Notes: a model not told the origin generated them from the letters alone. DNA of 64,000 bases from a candidate division WOR-3 bacterium (GCA_037441285.1 JBBISL010000007.1:1-64000); one strand, 5' to 3'. Shown: positions 35,782-45,671, counted from the first letter of the stretch. Translations and numbers: made by a program.

Positions 35782-38700
35782 ATGCTGAGCAGAAGAGCAG
35801 AAGTGCAGAAGAGCAGAAGGGTGTTGAGCGGGTAGGCGCGGCGCTCGTGGTCGGTGCCGGCATCGCCGGGATTCAGGCAGCGCTGGAGATGGCGGAGTCC
35901 GGGTTTAAGGTTTACCTGGTGGACCGGGCACCGGCAATCGGCGGGGTGATGGCGATGCTGGACAAGACATTTCCGACCAACGACTGTTCGATGTGTATCC
36001 TCGCGCCGAAGTTAGTGGGAACCGGAAGACACCCGAATATTGAGATTATTACCGGTTGCGAGATAACCGGGCTTGAGGGCGAGCCGGGTTCATTTACGGT
36101 GCGGTTACGGCAGAAGCCCAGGTTTGTGAACCTTGAAAAGTGCACCGGTTGTATGGAGTGTGTTAAGGTCTGTCCGGTGCGGGTGCCGGACCAGTACAAT
36201 CAGGCGCTTTCGGCTCGGGGTGCGGTTTACAAACTTTTTGCCCAGGCGATTCCCAATGCGGTCGTAATTGAAAAGAATACAAATCGGGCACCCTGCCGTT
36301 TAGGTTGTCCAGCCGGAGTTAATGCCCAGGGGTATGTGGCGCTGACCCGGGCACGGAAGTTCCGGGAGGCTTATCTTTTAGTGCGGGAGCGGTTGCCATT
36401 TGTCGGTGTCTGCGGCAGGGTCTGCCACCATCCCTGTGAGCAGGAGTGTAACCGGAAAGAGGTTGACGAGGCGGTTGCGATAAGGTCGGTTAAACGGTTT
36501 TTGTTTGACTGGGTTGAGAAAAATGAGCCGGTGCCCTATAAAAAAGGTGAAGGCGCATCGGGCAATGGTGCCCGGGTAGCGGTAATTGGTGCCGGTCCGG
36601 CAGGTTTGACCTGTGCTGTGGACCTGACCTTAAAAGGTTATCAGGTCACGGTGTTTGAAAAAAGCGAAAAGCCCGGCGGAATGATGCGCTGGGGAATTCC
36701 GGCATACCGGTTGCCCCGGGAGGTGCTGGACAAAGAGATTCAACTGATTCTTGATGCGGGAGTTGAGCTGAAATTGAATAGCCCGGTGAGTTCGACCGCG
36801 GAGCTGGAACAGCTTTTAAAAGATGGTTATCAAGCGGTGTTTGTGGCGCTGGGGTGCCACAAGAGCCGCACCCTGACAATTCCTGGAATGGATTTGAAAG
36901 GGGTCTGGCATGCGGTTGAGTTTTTAAGGGCGGTGAATGGAGGAGCCGAGACCAAGGTGTCAATCGGCCGGCGGGTTGTGGTGATTGGGGGCGGTAATGT
37001 GGCGGTGGACTGTGCGATGTGCGCAAAGCGGTTAGGAGCGGAAGAGGTGACGATGGTGTGTCTGGAGAAGCGGGAGGAGATGCCCGCCCATCCTTGGGAA
37101 GTTGAGGAGGCGCTAACCGATGGGGTCAAATTAATGCCGGGCTGGGGACCGAAAGCGATACGTGGCGAAAACGGGGTTGTGACCGGTCTGGAAACAGTGG
37201 AGTGCGTGCGGGTGTTTGATGAGGAGCGCCGGTTTAATCCGGAGTTTAATCAGAATAACACCGGATTTGTACCCGGCGATACGGTGATTGTGGCGATTGG
37301 CCAGGCGGTAGCAGCGGATGGTTTTGATAAGGTAGAACGGGGTGCAGGGGGAACATGGAAGGTTGACCCGGTTTCACTGGCGGTACAGGGGTTTAAGGGT
37401 GTGTTTGCGGGTGGTGATATGGTTTCAGGTCCGGCATCGGTAATTGAAGCGGTTCAGGCAGGACATGAGGCAGCAATTTCTATTGAGAGATTTCTGAAAG
37501 GGGAGGATTTAACCGAGGGTCGAGCAAAATCCAAGCCGCTGCCCGCGAAGCTGGAGGAGTCGGCAGCGGCGCGGTGGGGCAGGATTGAGAAAAAACCCAG
37601 AGAAAAGGAAGCGGTGCTTGAAGGTGCGAAGAGGCTGGGTGGTTGGGCCGAGATTAATCTTGGCTTTGATGAAGAAGCGGCGGTAAGGGAGGCGGAGCGG
37701 TGTCTTGATTGTGGGGTGTGCTCTGAATGTCTGCAGTGCGTTGCGGCGTGTGAGGCAAAGGCGCTGGAGCACGACGATAAAGAAAAGGAAATGGAGTTGA
37801 AGGTCGGGGCGGTGGTACTAGCGCCCGGGTTTAAGGAGCATAAACCGGTTAAGGAGTGGGAGTACGGATATGGAAGGTATCCGAATGTGGTGACCAGCCT
37901 GGAGTTTGAACGGATTCTGTCCGCAACCGGTCCTTATGAAGGCCAGGTGTTGAGGCCAGGAGATAAGAGCCACCCCAAGAAGATTGCCTGGATTCAGTGC
38001 GTTGGTTCCCGGAACGAGGAGCATTATTACTGTTCTTCGGTCTGCTGTATGTTTGCGACGAAAGAGGCGGTGATTGCGAAGGAGCATTGTGCCGGTGACC
38101 TTGAATGCCACATCTATTATATGGATATGCGCTGTTTCGGCAAGGGGTTTGAGCGGTATTACGACCGGGCGGAAAAGGAGTATGGAGTAAAGTATCGGCG
38201 GTCAAGGGTCGCGCGGGTGGAGGCGGCGCCAGACGGTCAGGACCTGGTTATTTCGTATGAGGATGAGAATGGCGTTTTGCAGCAGGAGGTTTACAATATG
38301 GTGGTGCTGTCCAGTGCGCTAACCGCGGACCAAGCAACGAGAGAGTTGTGTGAGCGGCTGGGCGTGAAGACCGATGAGCAGGGGTTTGTGAAAACCGACC
38401 CCGAATATCCTGTAGCGACATCCCGTGCCGGGGTTTATGCCTGCGGGGTTTGCGTTGAGCCCAAGGACATTCCGGAGACGGTGACCGAGGCAACCGGTTG
38501 CGCTGGTGCGGTTGAGGCGCTGCTTGCCCCGGCACGAGGCACCCTGGTGACGAAGAAGGAGTATCCACCCGAGCGGGATGTTTCGGGGGAGGAGCCGAGG
38601 ATTGGGGTATTTGTTTGTAACTGCGGGATTAATATCGGCGGGGTTGTAAGGGTGCCGGAGGTTGTGGAGTTTGCCCGGAGTTTGCCCGGTGTGGTTTACG

Positions 38701-40268
38701 CCGAGGAGAATCTGTTTACCTGTTCGCAGGACACCCAGGAACGGATTCGCAAGGCGATTGGGGAGCACCGGTTGAATCGGGTTGTGGTGGCATCGTGCAC
38801 GCCCCGTACCCATGAGCCGTTGTTCCAGGAAACAATGCGCGAAGCGGGTCTCAATCCCCATCTGTTTACGATGGCGAATATCCGAGACCAGTGCTCCTGG
38901 GTGCATATGCACTTACCAGAAAAGGCGACAGTGAAAGCGAAGGAACTGGTGCGGATGGCGGTGGCAAATGCCCGGCGGTTGAAGCCGCTGTGCGCGGGAA
39001 AACAGTCAATTGTCCAGAAGGCGCTGGTAATCGGCGGCGGTCTGGCGGGGATGACCGCAGCGCGGGCAATTGCCGAACAGGGGTTTGAAGTTTACCTTGT
39101 GGAAAAGGAGCGGGTGCTGGGTGGAACATTGCGCCGGCTCAGGTACGATGAAGAAGGCAGGGAGACTTCCGAGTTGCTTGCCCGTCTGGAAAGGCAGGTA
39201 CGGGAAAACCCAAAGATTGAGGTTCTGACCGGGGCTGAGGTTGAAGGTGTTTCCGGTTATCTGGGGAACTATCGGACCAGAGTGAAGACCGAAGCCGGGG
39301 AGCGGGAGCTGGTACACGGGGTTTTTGTGGTGGCGTGCGGTGCCTTAGAGTACAAGCCGAGCGAGTATTTCTATGGTGCGGCGGAGCGAGTGATGACCCA
39401 ACTTGAACTGGAAGAGGCGATTGAGAACGGGAAGGTAGGAAAAGAGGAAGGCGGGCAGGTGATTGCGATGGTTCAGTGTGTTGGTTCAAGGGATAAAGAG
39501 CATCCGTGGTGTTCAAGGGTGTGCTGTACCGAGGCGATTAAGAACGCCCTGCGTTTGAGGCGAATAAATCCGAACAACCAGGTTTACATCTTTTACCGGG
39601 ACATCAGGACTTATGGGTTCCGGGAGAAATTGTACCGCGAGGCGCGGGAAGCCGGTGTGGTCTTCATCAGATTCGACCCCGATGAACAGGAGCGGGCGCT
39701 CGTTGTTGAACGACAGGATGGCAGGTTTCACATTTCGGCGTTTGACCCGGTCTTACAGGCGCGGGTGGGCGTGAAGGCAGACCTTCTGGTGCTGTCCAGC
39801 GGTGTTGTGCCGGCAGCCAGTAACCCAAAACTGGCACAACTTTTAAAGGTGCCATTGAACGAGGATGGGTTCTTCCTTGAGGCGCATATGAAGTTGCGGC
39901 CGGTAGATTTCAATACGGCGGGGATTTTTATGGCCGGGATGTGCCATTCACCAAGGTTTATACCCGAGACCATTGCCCAGGCATTAGCCGCTGCGGCACG
40001 CGCCTGTGCGGTGATAAGTCAGAGCGAAATAACAACTCAGGCGGTGGTGGCACGGGTGCGCGAGCGGTGGTGTGTGGGGTGTGGTGTCTGCGAGCGCATC
40101 TGCCAGTACGAGGCGGTACGGGTCAATCAGACAACGGGCAAGAGCGAGGTGACGCCGGTGTTATGCCAGGGGTGCGGTGCCTGTGCCGCAGCCTGTCCGT
40201 CAAATGCAATTGAGTTGCAGGGGTTTGAGTCCCGACAGTTATTGTCAATGGTAGAGGAGGCGTTGTGA
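35778..40268 (+). CDS. HdrL-type fusion: HdrA with an inserted GltD/NfnB-like NAD(P)H oxidoreductase plus a second HdrA module (about 1496 aa)
   Basis: ATG 35778 overlaps the hdrA TGA; DKTFPTNDCSMC; insert APC..GCPAG...CGRVCHHPCE..C, GAGPAG, GGGNVAVD; second VFVCNCG...ANIRDQCSWVH, GGGLAG, EAHMKLRPVD. Confidence 0.9.
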   Translation: MNAEQKSRSAEEQKGVERVGAALVVGAGIAGIQAALEMAESGFKVYLVDRAPAIGGVMAMLDKTFPTNDCSMCILAPKLVGTGRHPNIEIITGCEITGLEGEPGSFTVRLRQKPRFVNLEKCTGCMECVKVCPVRVPDQYNQALSARGAVYKLFAQAIPNAVVIEKNTNRAPCRLGCPAGVNAQGYVALTRARKFREAYLLVRERLPFVGVCGRVCHHPCEQECNRKEVDEAVAIRSVKRFLFDWVEKNEPVPYKKGEGASGNGARVAVIGAGPAGLTCAVDLTLKGYQVTVFEKSEKPGGMMRWGIPAYRLPREVLDKEIQLILDAGVELKLNSPVSSTAELEQLLKDGYQAVFVALGCHKSRTLTIPGMDLKGVWHAVEFLRAVNGGAETKVSIGRRVVVIGGGNVAVDCAMCAKRLGAEEVTMVCLEKREEMPAHPWEVEEALTDGVKLMPGWGPKAIRGENGVVTGLETVECVRVFDEERRFNPEFNQNNTGFVPGDTVIVAIGQAVAADGFDKVERGAGGTWKVDPVSLAVQGFKGVFAGGDMVSGPASVIEAVQAGHEAAISIERFLKGEDLTEGRAKSKPLPAKLEESAAARWGRIEKKPREKEAVLEGAKRLGGWAEINLGFDEEAAVREAERCLDCGVCSECLQCVAACEAKALEHDDKEKEMELKVGAVVLAPGFKEHKPVKEWEYGYGRYPNVVTSLEFERILSATGPYEGQVLRPGDKSHPKKIAWIQCVGSRNEEHYYCSSVCCMFATKEAVIAKEHCAGDLECHIYYMDMRCFGKGFERYYDRAEKEYGVKYRRSRVARVEAAPDGQDLVISYEDENGVLQQEVYNMVVLSSALTADQATRELCERLGVKTDEQGFVKTDPEYPVATSRAGVYACGVCVEPKDIPETVTEATGCAGAVEALLAPARGTLVTKKEYPPERDVSGEEPRIGVFVCNCGINIGGVVRVPEVVEFARSLPGVVYAEENLFTCSQDTQERIRKAIGEHRLNRVVVASCTPRTHEPLFQETMREAGLNPHLFTMANIRDQCSWVHMHLPEKATVKAKELVRMAVANARRLKPLCAGKQSIVQKALVIGGGLAGMTAARAIAEQGFEVYLVEKERVLGGTLRRLRYDEEGRETSELLARLERQVRENPKIEVLTGAEVEGVSGYLGNYRTRVKTEAGERELVHGVFVVACGALEYKPSEYFYGAAERVMTQLELEEAIENGKVGKEEGGQVIAMVQCVGSRDKEHPWCSRVCCTEAIKNALRLRRINPNNQVYIFYRDIRTYGFREKLYREAREAGVVFIRFDPDEQERALVVERQDGRFHISAFDPVLQARVGVKADLLVLSSGVVPAASNPKLAQLLKVPLNEDGFFLEAHMKLRPVDFNTAGIFMAGMCHSPRFIPETIAQALAAAARACAVISQSEITTQAVVARVRERWCVGCGVCERICQYEAVRVNQTTGKSEVTPVLCQGCGACAAACPSNAIELQGFESRQLLSMVEEAL

Positions 40269-40687
40269 GTGAATTTGAACCAAGGATTGTAGGTTTTCTC
40301 TGTAACTGGTGTACTTATGCCGGTGCCGACCTTGCCGGAACATCACGGATTCAGTATCCGCCCAATATGAAACCAATCCGGGTGATGTGTTCGGCCGCGG
40401 TGGATTCAGTTTACATTGTGCGGGCACTGATGGAAGGTGCTGATGGTGTGTTTATTGGCGGTTGTCATCCCGGTGACTGCCATTATGTTTCGGGCAATTA
40501 CAAAACCCGACGCCGGATGGTTTTGTTCAATTCCATTATGCGTTCGCTGGGTCTGGACGAGGAGCGGGTGCTGTTGCGCTGGATTTCTGCGGCCGAGGGG
40601 AAGAGGTTTGCGGATACAATTACCGAATTTACCGAGAAGTTACGCAAGAAGGGACTTAGTCCATTTAAGACGCTCTGGGAGGTGTGA
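40265..40687 (+). CDS. mvhD: Second MvhD-like [2Fe-2S] subunit
   Basis: FLCNWCTYAGADLAG, RVMCS, GCHPGDCHY.SGN, WISAAEG. Confidence 0.9.
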   Translation: MSEFEPRIVGFLCNWCTYAGADLAGTSRIQYPPNMKPIRVMCSAAVDSVYIVRALMEGADGVFIGGCHPGDCHYVSGNYKTRRRMVLFNSIMRSLGLDEERVLLRWISAAEGKRFADTITEFTEKLRKKGLSPFKTLWEV

Positions 40688-41848
40688 ATGAGTCCAGAAG
40701 AGCCCAAGAACTTAAGAGCAGAAGGGCGCAGCGGTAGATTAAAGGTTGAGGGTGGAGACCCGGTAGCGACGATTAAGGCGGTTTGTGCCCGGTGGTTAAA
40801 AGAAGGCGTGTTAAGCGCGGTTATGCTGCCCGCCGTTTCCCGAAATGGGGTTGCGGCGCCGGCGCTCTTCTCAGACCCGGAAGCGGTACGCGACAGTGGG
40901 GTACCATTTCTGCCGGCGATGGGGGTCAATACGGCGTCGGTGGTGGATGAAATTGCCTTCAATCCGGCACCGGGTGTGAAGGTTGGGGTGTTCTTGCGGC
41001 CCTGTGAGGCGCGGGCGGTGGTGGAACTGGTGAAATTGCAACAGGTGGTTCTGGACGGACTGGTTTTAATTGGAGTTGATTGTCCGGGCACCTACCGCGC
41101 GGCGGATTTCGGTGAAGTCGCTGGGAGCGATGGTGCTAATTTTGTCAATCGTTTTTTACAGGAGCAGGACCGGTACCTTGCCGAGAACAGGTTCCGTACC
41201 GCCTGTACAATGTGCGAGTTTCCCACCCCGCTGGTTTTTGACCTGCACATCGGGTTTTTGGGGATGAATTCCAAGGAGGCGTTGTGGGTGGCAGCGGGAA
41301 GTGAGAAAGGGGCAGAGCTCCTTAATGGGATAGATATTGAGGCGATACCAGAGCCGGAGTCAAGGCAGAAGTTTATCGAGGAGTTACGAACAAAACGACA
41401 GCTGCGGGCAGAAGAACAGATTAAAGAGCTGGACAAAAGGGCGTTGGGACCGGAGAATTTAGTAAGGTACTTCGCCGCCTGTTTGAACTGCCACAACTGT
41501 ATGAAGGTGTGTCCGGTGTGCTACTGTCGGGAGTGCTTTTTTGAGTCCGAAGCGCTGGAACGGGACCTGGATGAGGTGGTGCGCATCTCCCGTCACAAAG
41601 GAGGAACCCGGATGCCCCAGGGCACGCTGCTTTTCCACATCACCCGGATGAACCATATGATGACATCCTGTGTTCAGTGTGGAATTTGTGAAGACTCCTG
41701 CCCGGTGAAGATTGGTTTAAGCGTGTTGTTCAAAAAGGTTTCCCGCAACGCCCAAAAGGAGTTTGACTATCTGTCCGGGCGGTCGCTTGATGAGCCTTTG
41801 CCGCTGGTGACATTCCGGGAGGACGAGTTCCGGACAATCGGAGAGTGA
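40688..41848 (+). CDS. FdhB/FrhB-family FeS (flavo)protein
   Basis: RPCEARAVVELVKLQQ, G.DCPG, R.AC..C, CLNCHNCMKVCPVCYCRECF, SCVQCGICEDSCP. Confidence 0.8.
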   Translation: MSPEEPKNLRAEGRSGRLKVEGGDPVATIKAVCARWLKEGVLSAVMLPAVSRNGVAAPALFSDPEAVRDSGVPFLPAMGVNTASVVDEIAFNPAPGVKVGVFLRPCEARAVVELVKLQQVVLDGLVLIGVDCPGTYRAADFGEVAGSDGANFVNRFLQEQDRYLAENRFRTACTMCEFPTPLVFDLHIGFLGMNSKEALWVAAGSEKGAELLNGIDIEAIPEPESRQKFIEELRTKRQLRAEEQIKELDKRALGPENLVRYFAACLNCHNCMKVCPVCYCRECFFESEALERDLDEVVRISRHKGGTRMPQGTLLFHITRMNHMMTSCVQCGICEDSCPVKIGLSVLFKKVSRNAQKEFDYLSGRSLDEPLPLVTFREDEFRTIGE

Positions 41849-42582
41849 AGATGCCAGAGATTATTCTCAATGAACTGGATACTAAGTTTCGCGACCGGAT
41901 TGCGGCAAAACTGGGTGACAACAGTTTTATGCACTGCTTTGCCTGCGGCTCCTGCACCGCCGCCTGTCCGGTACGAAGGCTGGATGAGAAGTACAATCCG
42001 CGGCGGTTGATTCGGATGGCGATTTTAGGGCTGAAAGAGGAGGTTTACCGCTCGGAGTTCATCTGGATTTGCTCCTATCATGCGACCTGTCTCAAGCGTT
42101 GTCCCCAGAAGGTGAATATCGGGGCGGTTTGTGATGCGGTGGTGCGGATGGCAGAAGAAGAGAAGAATACAGGAGCGAGCAAACCTTTTTCACCCTCCCC
42201 TTTTTCCCCTCCCTTCAAGGGCAGGGATAACGATAGGAAAAACCGTGCCGTTACGAAGGAAGGGCAGGAGTTTCGAAACGCGGTGCGGACGCTTGTACCG
42301 GAAGTTGCCGCCTGTTTTATTTGCGGAAGTTGCACGGCAGTTTGTCCGGAGGCGCTTATCGACGAGAAAAAAGACCCGCGGCGGTTTATCCGGAAGATAA
42401 ATCTTGGGCTGCGGGACGAGGCGTTCCTTGATGAGTTTAAGGACATCTGCGCCACCCATTACCGATGCGAGAGCCGGTGCCCGCAGGGGGTGAAGATTAA
42501 CCGGTTGATGCAGGCGTTACGGGAACTGGCAGAGGAGGATGGTTATACCTATCCGGAATCTTTGAAAGGACTGGAGCGGTGA
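41845..42582 (+). CDS. Tandem-duplicated HdrC-like protein
   Basis: Two copies of [CF.CGSCTA.CP...PRR.IR...LGL....C..H..C...CPQ.V.I]. Confidence 0.85.
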   Translation: MKMPEIILNELDTKFRDRIAAKLGDNSFMHCFACGSCTAACPVRRLDEKYNPRRLIRMAILGLKEEVYRSEFIWICSYHATCLKRCPQKVNIGAVCDAVVRMAEEEKNTGASKPFSPSPFSPPFKGRDNDRKNRAVTKEGQEFRNAVRTLVPEVAACFICGSCTAVCPEALIDEKKDPRRFIRKINLGLRDEAFLDEFKDICATHYRCESRCPQGVKINRLMQALRELAEEDGYTYPESLKGLER

Positions 42583-45500
42583 GGATGGAAGAAGAGCAGA
42601 AGGTAAATAGCGCCGAAGCGCAGAAGGGTACAGAACCGATTAGTGCGGCGCTGGTGGTTGGTGGGGGAATTGGCGGGGTTCAGGCGGCGCTGGATTTAGC
42701 CGATAGCGGATGCCGGGTTTATTTAGTGGAACGGGCACCGGCGATTGGCGGTTATATGGCGATGCTGGATAAGACCTTTCCGACCAATGACTGCTCGATG
42801 TGCATCCTTTCGCCCAAACTGGTTACCTGTGCCCGCCATCCCAACATCGAACTTATGACCCTGACCGAGTTGAAGTCGATTCAGGGTGAGCCGGGCAACT
42901 TTGAGGTGCAACTAATGCGCTATGCCCGTTCGGTTGACCTTACGAAGTGCACCGGTTGTGGTGTCTGTTTAGAAAAGTGTCCGGTGAAACTGCCCAATGA
43001 GTTTGAAGGCGGATTGTCACAGCGCCGGGCGATTTACCGGCTTTATGCTCAAGCGGTACCCAACGCACCGATGATTGACCGTACCCACTGTTTGAAGTTT
43101 ACCAAAGACCGCTGCGGTAACTGTGCCCGGGTGTGTACGGCGGGTGCGATTGATTATAGTCAGAAGGACGAGGAGATAACACTAAAAGTGGGTGCGGTGG
43201 TACTGGCACCAGGGAGTGTGATTGTGCAACCCGGGGTGCGGCCGGAGTATGGTTATGGTCGTTTTCCGAATGTTGTAACCAGTCTGGAGTTTGAACGGAT
43301 TATGTGCGCCTCAGGTCCGTTTGGCGGGCACATCAAGCGGCCCAGCGACGGCAAGGAGCCAAAGCGGGTTGCCTGGGTTCAGTGCTTCGGTTCCCGGGAT
43401 GAAACGGTGGGCAAAGGTTACTGCTCTTCGGTTTGCTGTATGTATGCAACGAAGGAGGCGGTGATTGCGAAGGAGCACGCCCGGGAGATTGAGCCAACGA
43501 TTTTCTATATGGATATGAGGGCGTTCGGGAAAGATTTTGACCGGTATATTGAAAGGGCGGAGCGGCAGTACGGGGTGCGTTTTGTGCGGGCGCGTATTGC
43601 CGAGTTGCGCGAGGAGCCGGACACAAAAGACATTGTCGTGCGCTATGCCGACGAAAGCGGACAGCGGTCCGAGCGGTTTGATATGGTGGTTCTTTCCTGC
43701 GGCTTTGTACCACCGGAGAAGGTCCAGGCGTTGAACGAGCGTTTGCAGGTGCCGATGAATGAGTTTGCTTATCCGGGTGTGGACCCCTGGGAACCGGTAA
43801 CAGTCCAGGAAGGGATATTTATCGCCGGTAGCGGTCAGGGTCCTAAGGACATTCCGGAGACGGTGGTTTCGGCTTCAGCGGCCGCGGCCCGGGCATTGAA
43901 GTTGGTCAAGGTTCACAAGACGGAAGTGCCGAAGCGCCGAAGTGCCGAAGCGCCCGAGCCGACCGGAACGGTTGAGATTACCGGTATGGCACCACGCATT
44001 GGCGTGTTTGTGTGCCACTGCGGCATCAATATCGGCGGTATCGTGCGAGTGCCGGAGGTTGTGGAGTTTGCTAAGCATTTACCCGGGGTGGTTTTTGCGG
44101 AGGAGAATCTTTACTCCTGTTCCGCCGACACCCTGGAAAAGCTCAAGCAGCGTATTAAGGAACAGCGTCTGAACCGGGTGGTGGTTGCGTCTTGCTCACC
44201 CCGTACCCATGAACCGCTGTTTCAGGCGACCGTTGCCGAGGCGGGTTTGAATCCGCACCTGTTTGCAATGGCGAACATCCGGGACCAGTGTTCTTGGGTG
44301 CATATGGATGAGCCGGATAAGGCAACCGAGAAGGCAAAGGACCTGGTGAAGATGGCGGTAGCGCGGGTTCGTCGTCAGGAGCCGCTTGAGCCGGTAAAGT
44401 TACCGGTGACCAAAGCCGGACTTGTTATCGGCGGTGGCGTTGCCGGGATGAGTGCGGCACGGGCGCTGGCTGATGCCGGGTTTGATGTGTATTTGGTGGA
44501 AAGGGAGCCGGAGCTGGGTGGTAATGCCCGAACCATCGCGCGGACGATTGAAGGTGAAGATGTCCAGGTGCGGCTTAAGAAGATGCGCGAGATGGTGAAC
44601 TCCCATCCCCGGATAAAGGTTTACACCGGCGCAACCGTGAAGAGGGTTGATGGGTTTGTTGGTTCATATGAAACGACCCTTGAATGCGGGAGTGATTTAG
44701 TCAAGGTCAAGCACGGTGTGGTGATTGTCGCAACGGGCGCGAGGTATCGGGAACCGTTGGAGTATCTCTACGGGCAGTCAAATCGGATAAAAACCCAGAA
44801 GGAACTGGAGACGATGATTGCGCAAGGGGAGGTGGCTAAAGGGTCGGGCAATGTGGTGGTGATGATTCAGTGCGTGGGTTCGCGTGAGGATGAGCGTCCT
44901 TACTGCTCCCGTATCTGCTGCACCCAGGCGATTAAGAATGCAATCGCTTTGAAGGAAACAAAACCGGAAACAGAGGTTTTCATCCTGTATCGGGACATCA
45001 GGACTTACGGGTTTAAAGAAAAGTACTATCGTAAGGCGCGCGAACTCGGGGTCAATTTCATCCGGTTTGAAAAGGAGCGCAAACCGGTGGTTGAGACCAA
45101 GGACGGCAAACTGACCGTTCAGGTTTTTGAGCCGATATTAGGTGCCGAGATTGAGATTGAGCCGGACCTGTTGGTGCTCTCTTCTGGGGTCGTGCCCCAG
45201 CCTGATGCCGGTGAACTGGCAAAGATGTTGAAGGTGCCCCTGCATCAGGATGGATTTTTCCTCGAAGCCCATGCGAAACTCAGGCCGGTTGACTTTGCCA
45301 CCGATGGGGTCTTTCTGTGCGGGTTGTGCCACTATCCCAAGTTTATTGATGAGGCGATTGCTTCGGCGCAGGCGGCAGCGGGACGGGCGGCAACGGTCCT
45401 TGCCCGGGAGTTGATTGAGGGTGAGCCCTATCAGGCGGTTGTTAACCCGGCACGGTGCTCGGCGTGCCATATGTGCGAGACGCTCTGTGCCTATCGGGCG

Positions 45501-45671
45501 ATTGAGGTGAAACTGGTCAATGAGCGTACCGGGAAGTTCGCGGCGGTGGTCAACCCGGCTTTGTGCAAGGGCTGCGGTGCCTGTGCCGCCAACTGTCGGA
45601 GCGAAGCGATTGACATCAAGGGGTTCAAGACCGAGAATATCGTGCGGGAAATCGCCGCGCTGTTTCAGTGA
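42579..45671 (+). CDS. hdrA: Large (double-module) HdrA-like protein, 1030 aa
   Basis: GGGIGG, DKTFPTNDCSMC, QCFGSRD..YCSSVCC, second VFVCHCG...ANIRDQCSWVH, GGGVAG, EAHAKLRPVDF, C-terminal ferredoxin. Confidence 0.9.
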   Translation: MRMEEEQKVNSAEAQKGTEPISAALVVGGGIGGVQAALDLADSGCRVYLVERAPAIGGYMAMLDKTFPTNDCSMCILSPKLVTCARHPNIELMTLTELKSIQGEPGNFEVQLMRYARSVDLTKCTGCGVCLEKCPVKLPNEFEGGLSQRRAIYRLYAQAVPNAPMIDRTHCLKFTKDRCGNCARVCTAGAIDYSQKDEEITLKVGAVVLAPGSVIVQPGVRPEYGYGRFPNVVTSLEFERIMCASGPFGGHIKRPSDGKEPKRVAWVQCFGSRDETVGKGYCSSVCCMYATKEAVIAKEHAREIEPTIFYMDMRAFGKDFDRYIERAERQYGVRFVRARIAELREEPDTKDIVVRYADESGQRSERFDMVVLSCGFVPPEKVQALNERLQVPMNEFAYPGVDPWEPVTVQEGIFIAGSGQGPKDIPETVVSASAAAARALKLVKVHKTEVPKRRSAEAPEPTGTVEITGMAPRIGVFVCHCGINIGGIVRVPEVVEFAKHLPGVVFAEENLYSCSADTLEKLKQRIKEQRLNRVVVASCSPRTHEPLFQATVAEAGLNPHLFAMANIRDQCSWVHMDEPDKATEKAKDLVKMAVARVRRQEPLEPVKLPVTKAGLVIGGGVAGMSAARALADAGFDVYLVEREPELGGNARTIARTIEGEDVQVRLKKMREMVNSHPRIKVYTGATVKRVDGFVGSYETTLECGSDLVKVKHGVVIVATGARYREPLEYLYGQSNRIKTQKELETMIAQGEVAKGSGNVVVMIQCVGSREDERPYCSRICCTQAIKNAIALKETKPETEVFILYRDIRTYGFKEKYYRKARELGVNFIRFEKERKPVVETKDGKLTVQVFEPILGAEIEIEPDLLVLSSGVVPQPDAGELAKMLKVPLHQDGFFLEAHAKLRPVDFATDGVFLCGLCHYPKFIDEAIASAQAAAGRAATVLARELIEGEPYQAVVNPARCSACHMCETLCAYRAIEVKLVNERTGKFAAVVNPALCKGCGACAANCRSEAIDIKGFKTENIVREIAALFQ
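43923..43954 (+). repeat. Octamer tandem repeat (GAAGYGCC)4, member of a dispersed GAAGNGC(A/C) family
   Basis: gaagtgcc gaagcgcc gaagtgcc gaagcgcc in the HdrA inter-module linker; related runs at 33692, 35792, 40697, 42591, 45670, 49046. Confidence 0.7.

Noticed and set aside
34796..35863. 355-aa antisense ORF (and similar ones such as 9956-10786 and 30565-31395)
   Set aside because: Antisense or alternate-frame shadows of well-supported genes, with Pro/Arg/Ser-rich composition.
29310..45671. Selenocysteine read-through in MvhD/HdrA
   Set aside because: The relevant motifs have Cys and the ORFs are uninterrupted; terminal TGAs overlap the next start codons.
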